DNA of 64,000 nt from Pseudogymnoascus verrucosus (Eukaryota): the NCBI GenBank assembly GCA_001662655.1, contig KV460215.1, one strand, 5' to 3'. Shown one piece after another: positions 37,136 to 50,672 of the stretch. Positions within the stretch are counted from its first letter, which is position 1; every line of letters starts with the position of its first letter. The notes under the pieces were generated by a model. The model had not been told where the DNA came from. It ran no database searches and saw only the letters and a list, made by a program, of their open reading frames with translations. Position numbers and translations under genes: made by a program.

Positions 37136-39096
37136 TCACTTCCCCTTCCCATTAACACCCCCCCCCACCTCCCCCTTCTGCCACTCAACCTCCTGCGCCC
37201 TAACCCCCTTCCTCGCCTCCCCCTCCTCCATAGCCTTCCGACTCGCCGCCAGCAACGCAAGCTCCATAGCCCCCAACCTCGTCTCCTCCAGCACCACATC
37301 CTTTCCATGCGAATCCTTACCCACCCATTTAAACCCCACCGCAAGGGGGTCTTTCATATCCGCCCCCTGCGGGCCGACGATTTTGAACCCCTCGAGGCCG
37401 CGCGGGAAATACGCTCCTTTGTCGTCTAACCCCTTTCCGCCGCAGGCGACGCGCACGCGCGCGGAGGGGTGGATGGTTTCGTTACTCCCCACCAACGGCC
37501 TGTCGCGTTTCATCTTGCGTCCCGATTTCGCGGAATACGATTCATAGCGCCCCGGGGTCCTGGCGAGGTCACCGGGGTGCGCCCAGTCGCGCCAGTTCTC
37601 CCATCCGGCCCAGGGCTTGACGTCGCCGACGAAACTATATGCCGTCGTGAGGGTCTCTTCCATCTTTCCTAGGGCCCAGCCGCGGTAGCCGCCTACGGAG
37701 GGGGTGGCGTTGCAGTGGGCGACGTTGAGGGCGAAGATCCAGTCTAGGTAGGATTTATCGAAGTCGAGGAGGGGGAGGCCGTCATCTGAGACGTCTAGGG
37801 TTTGCAGTTGTGCGAGCATCCATGCTAGGGTGTCGTTGGCGAGGGATTGATCGTCGTAACCCCCCGCACCACCGATATTGCAATGCACACCCGGAAACCA
37901 GGCCTGTGCGAGCATCTTGAGTTCGGCCGGCTGCTCGGGCTGTTCCCAGACTGCGGGGGCGAAGGCGGCGCGGTGGTCGTCGAGGGCGAGGGCTTGGAAG
38001 GCGTATTCGACTACTTGGGAGACTTTGGTGTTGACGAAGGAGTATTGCATTAGTTCTGTGGCGGAGATGTGGAGGCCAAAGATGGGGGGGACGCCGAGGG
38101 CGCCGACGGTGTCGAAGACGCCGAGGACTTTGACGGGGACGGAGGGGCGGGTGTAGCCGCGCTGGAATGGGGGTCAGATAGGGTTGGGGGAAGGGGAAAG
38201 GGGAAGTTGGGGGGGGGGGGGGGACGAACCTTGTGTAGCTCGTCGGCGTATGCCTTGCTCGGCATGGGAGGGGTGGCGGGAAGCCCCTTAAATGCGCCTT
38301 GGGCACCATTAATCTTCTCTTCCGCCTGCTGCTTCGCCAGTACCTCGGGGACGTTCTGATCTTTCCAATCCTCGAAAATCTGGAAGAAGAACTCCATCCC
38401 CTTCGCCGTCAGGAGCCCAATATCCGTGATGAGCGTCGCGATAGCACGGGCAGTGTAGGCGCCGCGACTGAAGCCGAAGAGGAAGATCTCATCTCCCACT
38501 TGCCAGTTGTTGCACAAGAAGCCATAGCACTCGCTGATGTGCAGAGAGATGGTGGCACCCGTCGCGCCGCCGATGATGCGGTCCTCGATTCCGCCGTCGG
38601 TCCCGATGCCGGGGTGGTAGAAGACGATCTGCGCGGGGCGCGGCTCGGTGTCCTCGGTGGCGACGGCGTTGGTGTTGAGGGCGCGGCAGATGCGGGTTAT
38701 GTTTGAGGGGAGGGTGACGGTGGTGTGGGAGAAGATGCCGGGGAGGAAGTCGCCCAGGGCATTGGTGGGGGCGTTGGAGTAGCTGTTCTGGGCGGTGTTA
38801 GAACTAGGTCTGAGGGGTGGGGGGAGCGAGCGTACCGTCCAGGTGCCGTCGCAGGCGATGATAAGGCGGCGCCCGCTGGTCTTCTTCTCTCTCTCGAGGT
38901 TGGGGAATCGCTGTTCGGGCGACGGCTCTTGGGTTACTGTGACGGGCTCGCCGGCCTTGACGTGAACGTTCGGGTCGTCGGGGGGTGGGGATTGCGCAGA
39001 TGTAGGTTGGAAGGACATGCGCTTCTTTAGCTTGCTCGCCGCGGCGGTAGCAGCCGCTCCCAAAGCGGTCTTGGTGCGGTCTTTGAGGGTAGCCAT
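37136..39096 (-). CDS. DUF2235 (Tle1-like) alpha/beta-hydrolase; introns 38788-38835 and 38162-38229
   Basis: RRLIIACDGTW, SNITRI, YHPGIGT, GFSRGAYTAR, GVFDTVGALG, QALALDDHR, WFPGVHCNIGG. Confidence 0.9.
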
Positions 39097-40226
39097 TGTG
39101 TGCGCTCTTTAAATACTACTACTACTGCGAGTTTTGGGTGTGTAGACACGTCTCTCACGGAAGAGTGCATTAGGTGATTTATATTCGCCGCGACCCAGGG
39201 AGCGGGAGGGAGGAGGGGGGGCATCGGCATATATATAGCTGGAACGTAACGATGCACGGCACAGCTACGGTAGGAAGGTGAGGCCCTGTACGCCCGGAGA
39301 CGGCACCGAGGACGGGCCCCGCGCCAATGGCGGGCTGCAGACTGGGCATCTGCTGATCGGCGATGCCTTATTCGACATCGAGGGCTGAGCTGAGTTCGTG
39401 GGTGTAGCGCTGGTGTGACGGGTATGTATGTATATGCTGCGTGCAACGCCGGCTTGGGAAAGGCTGGAGATGCACCGATGGGGATAGGTGGTTGTGGAGA
39501 GGTAGGGAGTACTACTCGAGCCGGCGATCTCACTACTGTGAGATACAGTCAGGGCCGGCAGGGTCTATCTCCCGCGCCCCAGGGCTGAGGGCTGAGTGTA
39601 ACCCTTGTTAGGAGGAAATGCGCCCATGCTTAGATGGAGTAGCTGAAATGCACGGCTGGGATGGCGGGTAATGTTCTTATTGGGTATGTATTAGGTATGT
39701 GGTCGATGTGGACTACTTGGCGGGTGGGAACACAGAAAATACGACTGAAGAGGTTTCGAGCATGGGAACTACTGCATACGTAGGTGTGCTTTTGTGGTGT
39801 CTTTGTGGTATGTATTAATCACATGTTGTCTGAGCGTGCGTCGACGAGCATAAACTGGCCGTAGATGTCTCAGCCTCGTCATACATATACCGTGTGGGAG
39901 TTGAGTTGCCAAGGTTATAACACTTGGTGGCTTCGCCCCTAAAAAATATAAAAACAGCCTGGGACAGGGACTAAAGGGCCCTGAAAATACGACCCTGACA
40001 TATAAGCTTACTGTACTAGACCCTTGAATAACCAACGACAGATCTGGTCTCTCCTGCAGCTCGCATTACTCAGCTATTCAATAAGTCGAAAATGATGATG
40101 CTTTGACGAATTCCCGAGTCCCTATTTTGCTAACCTGGCATGCCTAAATTTTGATTTATATCAAACGCCGTAATAATAATAGTCCCGTCCACATGTGCCC
40201 CTACTATCCACCTATACCACACCCAC

Positions 40227-41818
40227 TCACTCCCCCTTCGGCCTCTCCTCCGGCTTCTGCCCATACACCACATACAGCGGCCAATACGCCTTGATCGACT
40301 TCATCCTCCACTCCTTCTTCACTGCCTTCAAGAACACCTTCAGCTCATCCATCTTCCACCCCCCATACCTCGTCATACTCGCCAGACTAATCGCCTCCAT
40401 ATCCGTCAACATGCTCATCATTGCAAACGCCCCCGAATCCCTCAGCCGCTTATCCTCATGCCACGGCCCCATCGGCCACCGATACTCCTGCACGACGCAA
40501 TTCACAAACCCGGCATCAATCATCTGCTGCTTCAGCGTCTCGCCCTCGAAGCGGAGATCGCACCCGGCAGCCGTGAAGGTGCGGTTAGCCTCCTCGTGCC
40601 ACTTCTTGATCATGGAATTTGGGGGGAGCGAGTCGTCCTCGCAGCCCATGGAGACACTGAATTCCTGTGCCTCGACCCAGCCGCCGGGTTTGAGGGCTTT
40701 GTGGCACTCGGTTAGGTAGCGGGGCCAGTCGCGGACGGCGAGGCCGGAGGAGAGGCGAGAGTGGATTAGGTCGAGGGGGTGCTCGAACATCCAGTCTTTG
40801 TCGATGTCGTCGACGCGGAATTGGACGTTGGGGGGGACCCTAGGGGGGGTGAATATCTAGTGGGAGTGGTGTGCCCTTGGGCGGCTATGGGGCTTACCAG
40901 TTGGGTTGGATGGGGGAGAGGTCGATTCCAATGACTGGAGGTTGTTAGTAAAGACGAAGCGTAGATGGGGAGGGTTGGCAGACCTTCGGCGCCTTCGTAT
41001 TTGTCGCCAACATCTATAGCCCAGATGCCAGTACCAGTCGCCATGTCAGCGATGCGCTGCGGGTTCTTGACCGGCGCGAAGAAGAGCTTGTCCTCGAACA
41101 TCAGACTCATTGAGTGATAGATCATGTCCATCCTGTTGGTAGGACGCCATTAGTAATCTGGTAAACCATAACCACTCCCTCGGGATACGTTAATTACCTA
41201 TCTTGCTCCTTCTCGTCATTGGGCATGAGATATTCTTTGATGATCTATTAGCTATAGTGTAGCACGGAGTGCTCGGCGGGGACTCACTGCCTTCTTGATA
41301 CTGCACCCCGCTTCGATCAGCATGCGGATCGTCGGAGGGCTTTCTGCCTCATCCATCTAGGAGGAGTGATACATACCGCATGATAGGTCCTCCCATTTTC
41401 CTTTGGGAACGTAAATGCACTGGACCCTACAGTCTCATAGAACAGACCGCTATCCGCATCATCAGTCCCGTAGCTCGAATCCTCATCGAAGGTCTGCCCG
41501 CGTCATTAGCCCTCATGCTTGACCACCCGATCCAACCCCCCCCGTCCTGTCGTCTCCTCTCACCGCACTCGTAACCCAGGGCGGAACAGCACTCACCATC
41601 AGCACCGTGATCTCGCTCCTCGCCCCTACTTCAATCTCAATCGACGAGTCGCTCCCCCCTAAGGGATATCCATCCTCCTCCGCCTCCGCGGCCCTGTCTG
41701 CGGCCCTGTCCGTGTCCGCAAGCGCCTCCGCGCCCAGCGCACTAGGCTCACCGCCTGAGAGGTAAGTCGGGAACATGGGCGGCTCCTCGCGCAAGCTCAT
41801 CCGCGCCGTGCGTTCCAT
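40227..41818 (-). CDS. LaeA-like SAM-dependent methyltransferase, multi-exon (boundaries and start approximate)
   Basis: ENGRTY, MPNDEKEQ, IADMATGTGIWAIDVGD, DLIHSR, ALKPGGWVE, AGFVN..PMGPW; several short GT..AG introns. Confidence 0.82.
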
Positions 41819-42826
41819 CTTGCCTGGTGGGTGCGGGCGCACCTATAGCTAGTACCACTGTGGCGCGTGGAGCTCACGCAGTCGGTCTGACCCGAGATCG
41901 AGGCGTGTCTGAGTGGCGAGGAGGAGCTAGGTCTACGACAGGAAAGTAGCACGGTGGGGAATAGAAGCAGTAACAGTAGCAGTAGTGGTAGTGGAGTCAG
42001 GAAAGGCGGTTATATCGACTTTTGCCACGGCGGAGAGGGGTAGTATGTATGTATGTATATATTTTCCTTTCGCTGGGCGTCGTGTACCGCAGTCGGGGGG
42101 GTAGGAGGGACGGAAAGGAGGGGAGGAGGGGGAAACAAGGACCGGGAAGCTGGGTAGATTGAGGTCCGGTACTCTGTACTCTGGGTTATGCACGTCAAGC
42201 TCCCCGTGCGGTGGCGACACGGGGATCCGGTACGATACGGTGGTAGGCTACAGTAGGCCAGTGCTGTCGTTAGCGCAGTGTCCCGACGTCCTGCCAGCGA
42301 GTTTCGACACATGTCAGTCACTCCACGGCCCGACCCCAAGGTCCCTCTCATCCCAGCACCATGACACTGGGATCCTCGTCGGGATACTCTATTTGACGGG
42401 GTAAATGCCAAAAATGGTGCTTGGAAATATGTCGACAAGACGCTGCATCTGTGCGCCGGTGCCAATCGCGACCGCGGTCGTCGATGTTGGACCCGTATCT
42501 CCCCAATCACCCGTCATCAACTATGCATCGCGCCATTGGTAAAAAGCAGGATATATTTAAAAGTTTTTCGCAAGCTACAAGACCTAGCAATCCCACCCCC
42601 CCAAGCTTGCACGACCTAAAGTGTTCGCGCGCATGAATTAATCATAAAAGAGCTGGCGTAAACCCCGCCAAGCCCCATCAAAGCTTCCATAGATGCCAAG
42701 TACCAAGCAATATCCTACAGCTGCGGCCGGAACGCCAGACACCAGCAACCTCACCGCCCACCCCCCCAATAAGTTATCATTTGTGACAGATCCCAGATAG
42801 ACCATAGCCATTCATAGCGCACCAGA

Positions 42827-45800
42827 TTAATCCCCCAAGATCTCCTCATCCTCCTCCTCAACAATCTCTTCGTCTGCCTCGTCCGCGCTCGGCGGACCCT
42901 CCTCGTCAATTAGCTCCTGTCTCCTCCGCTCCTCCTCATCGACTTCTTCCTCCTCGTCCTCGTCTTCATCATCATCGACCACAATTTCTAAACTCTTCAT
43001 CTTCGCCCTCGCCTCGCTCTCCTTCGGCTTCTTCCCTCCCGACGTCTTCCCCTTTTTCCCCTTCTTCGGATTCGGCTCTTCTAGAACAGCCAGGATCTGC
43101 GCGACGTTCGCCCCCAGCCTGCGTTTGTTGCGGATCATGCGGTGCTTGAGCTTCCCCTCCAAGGCACCCTCTGCATCGATGACGCGCGCGTAGATGGCGA
43201 GGACGAGTTTGGAGCTAAGGTCGCACAGCTGCAGCTCAGCCTTCAGGCCGTCAACCTGGCGCTCTGCATCCGTGAGGCCCTCGTCGTCGTCTTCGGGATC
43301 GGAGTCAATATCCTCTGGGTCGTCATTGTCAGCAGGCGGCTCAAGGGTCTTGTGCGCCTTGTTGGCATAGTGCTTTTCAGCCGTTGCGAAGATGGAGGTA
43401 ATCTCCTCCTGGACTTCTGGCGCGATGTGGCGGACGAGGGTAAGGAGATGCGAGAAGTCGTTTTCGGCCAACGCGGCTTCGGCTTTCTTGCTGGTGAGGA
43501 TGGAGCGGAAGATGGTGTAGAGGTCGAGGATGGAGCCGGTGGCCTGGAGGCGGCAGGAGTCGAGGCCAGCGCGTGAGGAGAGCGTGCTGATGAGTTTGTC
43601 GGAGAAGGTTTCGGTGCGCTCTTTGATCTCATCGACATCTACGTCGGAGACCTCTTCGGCATTCTCAACCGCCTCCTTCAAGGCGCGGCCCTTCCACATG
43701 AAGTAGAATAGAGAGGTCTGGATGGCGCTGATAACCAACTTATCCTCTTCGTCATCGATATCTGGATCTGGGGTATCTAGGAAGCCGCGGCCGACAAGCT
43801 CGAGAAGCATATCAATGACTGGCATCGTAGAGGATCTCTCGCCTTTCGCGGTCTTTTTAGGTGCCTTTTCAAATAGCTCCACGGGATTGCTTATCCCCGC
43901 CAGCCGGTTGAGTCGGGTAACCGTTGTCGTTAGCTGGAGGACAAGCTCGACTTTCGTGTCGCCTCTGACCGATATCTCAGTGCTCTTTGGGAAACGCTTC
44001 CTCAAATCGTCAATAGTGTCGACCCAAAGTGATTGCATCTGATCTTCCGTTGTCTCTCCGAGTTCTTCAAATGCCTGTGCATGCAGCAAAGCAACACTGG
44101 CCTCCCTCAAAACATGTGCATCCGCATGGCTCTTAAACTGAGACTTGATCTCGTGTAATAAGGTCGCATACGCAGTCGAGTCCTGGCGCAGCTCTTGGAA
44201 GATGCCTAGGTTTAGAACGTGCTCGAGACGAAGGACGGCAGTTGACGTCTTCGGCTTTGATCCGAATAGCTTCAACAGGCGGGGAAGGACAGCCGCGAGT
44301 TTCCGTGCCGTCGAGTCTTCATCGACACGAGAAGCTGACTTTCCACCTTTCTTTTTCTGGTGGTGGTCCTCACTTAGCCTGGCTAGGTGGGTCTTCACAA
44401 CTGCGTGTAGGATCTCTAGGAGGGCGACTTCCTCCTTCTCTTCCAGCTTGAATGCGCTCCTGACGGCAACAGAGACCGACCCGGCTTTCTGCTTATTAGA
44501 GTGATCAAACAGCAGGTATCCAGTCAGCATCCCCCAGTCTTGAAGCTCGGCGACCTTGTCATATAGAACCTCTGCCGCAAGGGAGTATCTCGACTCAAAA
44601 CCAGCGGCGTTGATTGTGCCGTCACTAATGACGAGGTCGTCGTCTTGACTTGACCCTTCATCTACAGCATCTCCGTCATCGTAATTCAACAACACCTCTG
44701 CCAGAGCCTTCAGCTTAATCCAGCCCGAGCATGGGTTTTCCTTATTCTCATCGTCCAGAGTGAATGCCTCATCCAGTGCTTCCTCGCCGCCAAGGTCTTC
44801 AATCTTAGACTCGTACAGATCTTCAATATTGGCCGCGAAGAAGTTAACAACAGACTTGCGCACCCTTATATCAGAGTCGAATATGAGCTTGCCGATAATA
44901 TCAATGTCGTCCGGCTCCAGCATGCCTTTCTCGCGGATCATATCAAGGAGATCCACAGCCGATGCGCGAACGGTTGTCTCTGCATCTTTTGTTGCCATCT
45001 CGACAATGCGAGGACGGAATCTGTCGATAAAGTTGCGTATCCCACCAAGCTCGCCGTACTTCATGATCCGTTCCAATTGTTTGATAACTTCATGTCGCGT
45101 GGGCCCGTTCTGATCGGAGAGTAGCCAGCCTAGGTATCGTAGAAATGTCCCTTCGTAGAATGTAGTTGGTAAAATGAGAATCCATTGCCCCAAGGCTTCG
45201 ACACAATCTGTTCTGATTTTCGGGTCCACGTCGCGATATCGATGGACAAACACAGTATCGAAGAAATCCTTGATGGTTCCCTCTGAAGTTTCGCGGTGCT
45301 GCTTTCCCTTGTCGATGTTCTTCTGGTATGTTGCAAGGCGGCCCTTGTTTGCTTTCGACCCGAGCTTCTCTTCCTTCTCCATCAATGTAAGCATGTCTGC
45401 TGTGTTCTGCACCTGCGACTTCGCTACCTCGCACAGGCCCGTAGCGCATGCGAGTGCAATAACAGTCGCAGTGTGTCGGAAGGGGCGAAGGAAGGATGAA
45501 GACATGCTTGTGATCCACAGATGAATGTTCTCGATCAGCGCAATATCCTCGTATAGAACAGAAGTCGAATGCATGAGTCCCATCAGCGATTCGAAGAAAT
45601 CCGTGAGACAGACTTTAAATGCGTGGGAGGATTTCGCCTTCGAAATCAATGGGTAGTCGGCAACATTCTTCTCCTTGTGCTCGTCCTGGATCTCGTTGAG
45701 TCGGTTTGGGCTGTTATCTGGGTCATTGATGTCGTCTTCCGTCACTTTGATATCGCAGCCAGCGCATTTCAGGACGCAGTTGACAAGGTCCGCCATTGCT

Positions 45801-46337
45801 GCTGTGTTGTCTGCGTCGTATTCACCAAGCCACTGTGTCGCAACATCCTTCGAAGATTTATCGCTCGTGAATATTTCAGCTGTAATTGTTAACTGACGTC
45901 CGCATACATCTCACTGCTCACTCACCATAAAGCCCCTCCGCATCATTGTCCCTGAACACCACCTTCCCAGTTGGCTTCTTCGCCCTGCTCGGGAGCCTCA
46001 TTGAATGCGCTTTTGGTTGTGGGGCACTGCCATTGACCTTGGCTTTCTTTGCAACTGGTGCGCTCTTTGTGACCGCTGCCTTCGGCTTGGACTTCTTCTT
46101 CACGGGCGCTTCTTCCTCCTCGCTCTCCTCATCGTCTTCTTCGTCGCTCTCCTCCTCCTCTTCTTCCTGTTCCTCCTCATTCTCTACTCCTTCCATATCA
46201 TCGCCACTCCTTTTCCTCTTCCCGCCTGCGCCGGCATTTTTCGACGATTCGACCTCCGGCTGAAACTTGTCGGGGACCTTGACAGCCCTTCCCGACTTGC
46301 GCCGCTGGCTCGCGGTCGCTTCTCCGGACGAAGCCAT
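42827..46337 (-). CDS. SCC3: Cohesin subunit Scc3/Psc3 (STAG domain); intron 45880-45924; start approximate
   Basis: DYPLISK, RPFRHTATV, VFVHRYRDVDPKIRTDCVEALGQWI, LRYLGWLLSD, RFRPRIVEMATKD. Confidence 0.95.
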
Positions 46338-46773
46338 TGTCGATTTTCTCGGACTTTTATTTCGAGCAGGTGCGCGCAATTAATCGATTGATTGCGTTAC
46401 ACTCCGAACATCGGTTTGTCGTGGATTGCGATGCGAGCGCGCTGATTGTCAACATGAAATACCAAGTCGCGTCGATGTTGGAGAGACGCGAAGTGCGGGC
46501 TGAATGGACACACTTTAAGGTTTAGCGCGAAGTTGGTCAATCAAGCGCTAAGCCGTATTAGTCCTCTTCCGGCCTCGACTTTCTTATCTCTCTTACAGGT
46601 TTCAACGATGGGAGAATCCAGCAATATAATTATTCCAGTTGGCATTTGGTGCGTATTCCAGACATAAAATATAATTATATTGTGTGCATTGCTAACCTCG
46701 ATATAGATACCCTCTCCCCTACGTCATTCACTTATATCCGTCTTTATCCCAGCTATGCACAGATAGGTCCACC

Positions 46774-47941
46774 ATGACCACCTCTCCTTTCCCAGTATCC
46801 TTCTCAAAACCGGGAGAAGGACATCTAATTGCACGGTTACTTCCCAATGGCATTTCTGGCCTTGTCAAGGCCACTTTTCAGTATCCTTTAAAGATCATCA
46901 CACCACCATCACCAGTGGGAGACCTGAAATCCGCCCTCGCCTTTCTTCTAACCTACGGCGGCGGTCTTGTTGCAGGGGATCAAGTCCTCCTCAAGGTGAG
47001 AAACATTTTCATAGTCTATCAGACGACGCAAAGCGAGCCTGCACTGCCAGGCATTTCGTTCTGCATATTGTCTTCCAAGTCACGTTTCCTACTCCATCCC
47101 CAACCACGAACCCACAACGTCGACTCTAACATTCCTCCAGATCGACGTCCACCCCTCTGCCAAACTCACCATCGCCACACAAGGCCACACCAAAGTCTTC
47201 AAATCCGCCAGCCCCACCCTCCAATCCTCCCAAACCCTCTCAGTCACCCTCCACGCCTCCTCCGCCCTCTGCCTCCTCCCCGACCCCGTCCAGCCCTTCG
47301 CCAACTCCGTCTACGTCCAGTGCCAGATCTTCACCCTCCATCCAACCGCAACCCTCTGCCTTCTCGATTGGGTGACCGCTGGTCGCACCTCTCGGAATGA
47401 AAACTGGGACTTCACATCCTGGTCCGGCCGGAATGAAGTCTGGCGCGCCGCAGCCGACGACGAAGATGAGGACAGCGCACGCCCCCGGCTGCTGCTGCGT
47501 GACAACCTCATCTTAGATGGTGACGCGCTGACCCCCGATGATAGCACGGCCGCGCTGCCGCTGAAAGATAAAATGCACACTCTTTCCGTGTTCGGGACGC
47601 TCATCCTGGCAGGCCCGCTAATGGCGCCGTTATCAGCATTCTTCCTCGCCGAGTTTAGCGCACAGCCGAGAATTGGGGCAAGGGACTTCAGGTCAAAGGA
47701 GGCGGTGGAACAGGACGGGAAGACAGAGGCGTCGGATGAGGAGGCGTGGAGGGCGCGGCGGTTAGCGCAGGAGAAGGAAGATGGAGTGCTCTGGTCTGCG
47801 GCGAAGGTGCGGGGGTGTACGGTTGTTAAGTTTGGGTCGAAGAGCGTGGAAGGGGGGAGGAAATGGGTTGGGGGTATGATTTTAAGACATGGAGGGGTGA
47901 TGGATGTGTTTGGGGAAGATGCGCTCATGTGTGTCCGCTAA
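46774..47941 (+). CDS. ureD: Urease accessory protein UreD; intron 46996-47140
   Basis: FQYPLKII, LTYGGGLVAGD, TQGHTKVFKS, LLPDPVQPF, LDWVTAGR..ENW. Confidence 0.9.
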
Positions 47942-48678
47942 CTTGGATAAGAGTTACTGCAAATATCACTACGTTCAGACACTGCGTATCTCATCTGAAT
48001 CGCTTTTATACTAGCCTACCCACCGGCAAACTCCCCCTAGCTTCGCGCCATACACTTATACTCTTGACAACACAGCATCGCGAGACTATCGTACAAGTAC
48101 AACCCCGCTTGAGGAACCTATGATTAGATGCTGGACCCCTCACCCACCCCCTACCATCCCATACTCACCACCAATACGAGGACAAGGCGAGAAAAAAACA
48201 AAAAGTACTAAAAAGTAAACGACATGGACGAAAGTTCGAATTAGGATTGCAATCCAGGACAAGGGCGACAAGGTTCTGGCCAGAAACTGGCAGAAGGCGT
48301 AGAAGGTTTTCCGTAATTGGCCAGGGGAGGGTCGGGTTACCCAAGTTTCTTGAAGCCGAAGAAACGATTATTTTGAAACAAGCTGTATCAAGAAAATTGC
48401 CAAGTGGGAGGCAGACGTAGTAGTTGTACGGATCCAAGTTACCAAATGAAGTCCATCGACGGTTTCATGGGCCTAGAAGCTTGATCCGAAGTCGGGAGAT
48501 GTATGCGCGGTCAGGCAGAGCAGCAAATACTACCTTCATACCTCCTTGATACTGAAAGTCGCAAAAGTGCACCCTGTAGCTGTAGTGTTGCTTACCCCTG
48601 TTGCAAGAGGGAAGAAAAAGCTGAAAGGTTCAAACCCGTACCCACCCAAGCCACCTGCTGTCAAAGAAGCTTGCTTGT

Positions 48679-50400
48679 TTAGTACCGTCGTAGCTTTCGC
48701 GGGTCTTCGATGTAGCCGTTGTTTCCGTCGTCGTACATGCGCTTCCTCGACATATCTTCCTCGCGTGGGCGTCCACCATACCCTCCGTCTCTGGGTCCGT
48801 CCCTGGGTTCACGGCCCATGTCGCGTGGGTCCCGGTCTCTTGGATCACGGTCTCGTGGGTCGCCGCGTCCAGAGTCTCTGTCACGGTATCCGCCGCCCTC
48901 ACGAGGTCTTACCGGCTCCATGTTGCTTCCGCTACCACCGCCACCACGGTAGTCGCCTCCTCTAGAACCACCATATCGATCACCACCTCTGTCACCTCTG
49001 TACCCACCCGAACTTGGTCCCCTGTCGTCGTATGGAGGACGGCCACCGCGTGGTTCATACCCACCAGCAGCAGGTGGCCCATTGCGGTCTGGCGAGCCTT
49101 GGCCATACCCATTGCGAGGGTAACCACCGCCGCCTGGTCGTGGTCCAGCTGGGGCGTTTGGGGGAGGCGCTCCGAATCCTCTATCGCGGTCACCCCTGCC
49201 ACCATCACGGCCACCGAATCCACTGCCTTGATAGCCGATACCTCCTCTACCTCCACCTCCTGGTCCACGGTCTTGGAAACCACCGCCACCTCTTCCACCC
49301 CGGAAGCCACCACCGCCGCGACCTCCATCGAACCCCCCCCTGAATCCACCACGGAAACCAGGTCCAGGTCCGCCTCCAAATCCACCTGGTCCCATAGGGC
49401 GGGGTGGGACAGCCTTTGTGTAACCTCTGCCTCCAAGGCCGCCACCGAAGCGACGTGGCTTCCAGCCCTTGACAGTGCGGCCGCGTTCGACGTCGACTTT
49501 GATGCGTCGTTCTTTGATTCTAATGCCGTCACATCCATCTAGAGCAGCTATTAAGATGCGCAAGAGCGCGTTTGTTAGTTTTGTTACCCCTAGAAAATAT
49601 ACCTTGATCGGTGGAAGAGTGAACAAAGGAAAGAAAGGAAAAGGAAACAGAATATCCCAGTAGGCAAGCTTGAGGGCCGTGGGTACTTAGGGACTCTCCG
49701 AATCAGGGAAGATAGATCGATAGATCGTCTGGGCAAGAATGTGGGGTTGGGGGTATATGTGGCCGCTTTACCTCTCATATCTTTCTCGCGCTCAAAAACA
49801 ACAAAGGCATAGCCGCGATGCTTCTTCTTCTTCTTGTTGGGCTTTTCGTCTTGGTGGGTATCCGTTACAATACGGATCTGTAGATTGACGTTAGCACAGT
49901 ACAGAAGGTATTGTAGAATTGGAATACATACACGCTCAATGGGACCAAAACGTCCAAACTCACGCTCCAAGTCCTGCTCTGTCGCATCGTAACTCAGGCG
50001 CGCAACGATCAAAGTCTTGAAAGCATCACCGCGAATATTCTGGTCCTCTTGAGGTTTATCTAGAGCAATAATATTAGCTTTATACTCTTCTGTAGGATTG
50101 TAGACGACAACATCTGGCGCCTTGTGAGGGGGTCTCACAATCGGCTGGGCCCTCCTTCAAGAGCTGCTCCTGTGCCTCCCTCTTCTCCAATCTGACTCTA
50201 TCCTTGCGCTGCAGCCAGCTCTCTGTCGGCTCATACTTATCCGTAGCCTTATACTCCTCCAGCGCAGGGAGGAATGCAGCCAGACCAGAGATGGTTGCGG
50301 TCATCCGGTCCTGAGGTGCATGATCACTGGGAGGCACCCATCGCAGTCCTGGGCGCGGCGCAAAGAGCGCGAGGAGGTTGGGAGGTAATTTGTCCGTCAT
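48679..50400 (-). CDS. SNP1: U1 snRNP 70 kDa protein; introns ~50060-50138, 49878-49932, 49548-49771
   Basis: [38 protein letters not shown] (RNP1), [29 protein letters not shown]-rich tail. Confidence 0.95.
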
Positions 50401-50672
50401 CACGAATGATGTGGATGATCTTGAGGTAGGAAGCTCTCCGTCCAAAGGAGCTGCTGGAATCGGACAGCCGGGTGGATGAAGTTGTTGAAGGTGCGAAACA
50501 AAGGTTAAGGCTCCAGTTCCAGCTTCTGTTTCGAGTGACATCGGCGCGTCAAGCTTGGACCGCGAAGCGAGAAATTTCCCAGGGTCACGTGGTCGGAGCC
50601 TTATTTTTGGGATTCTGCAGAACGTCCAAGGAAACCACGAGTTTAGAGACCACGACAAGTCAATTACACATC

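Noticed and set aside
37136..41818. Possible secondary-metabolite cluster (TF, hydrolase, LaeA-like methyltransferase)
   Set aside because: No PKS, NRPS or terpene synthase in the window, and the neighbours are housekeeping genes.
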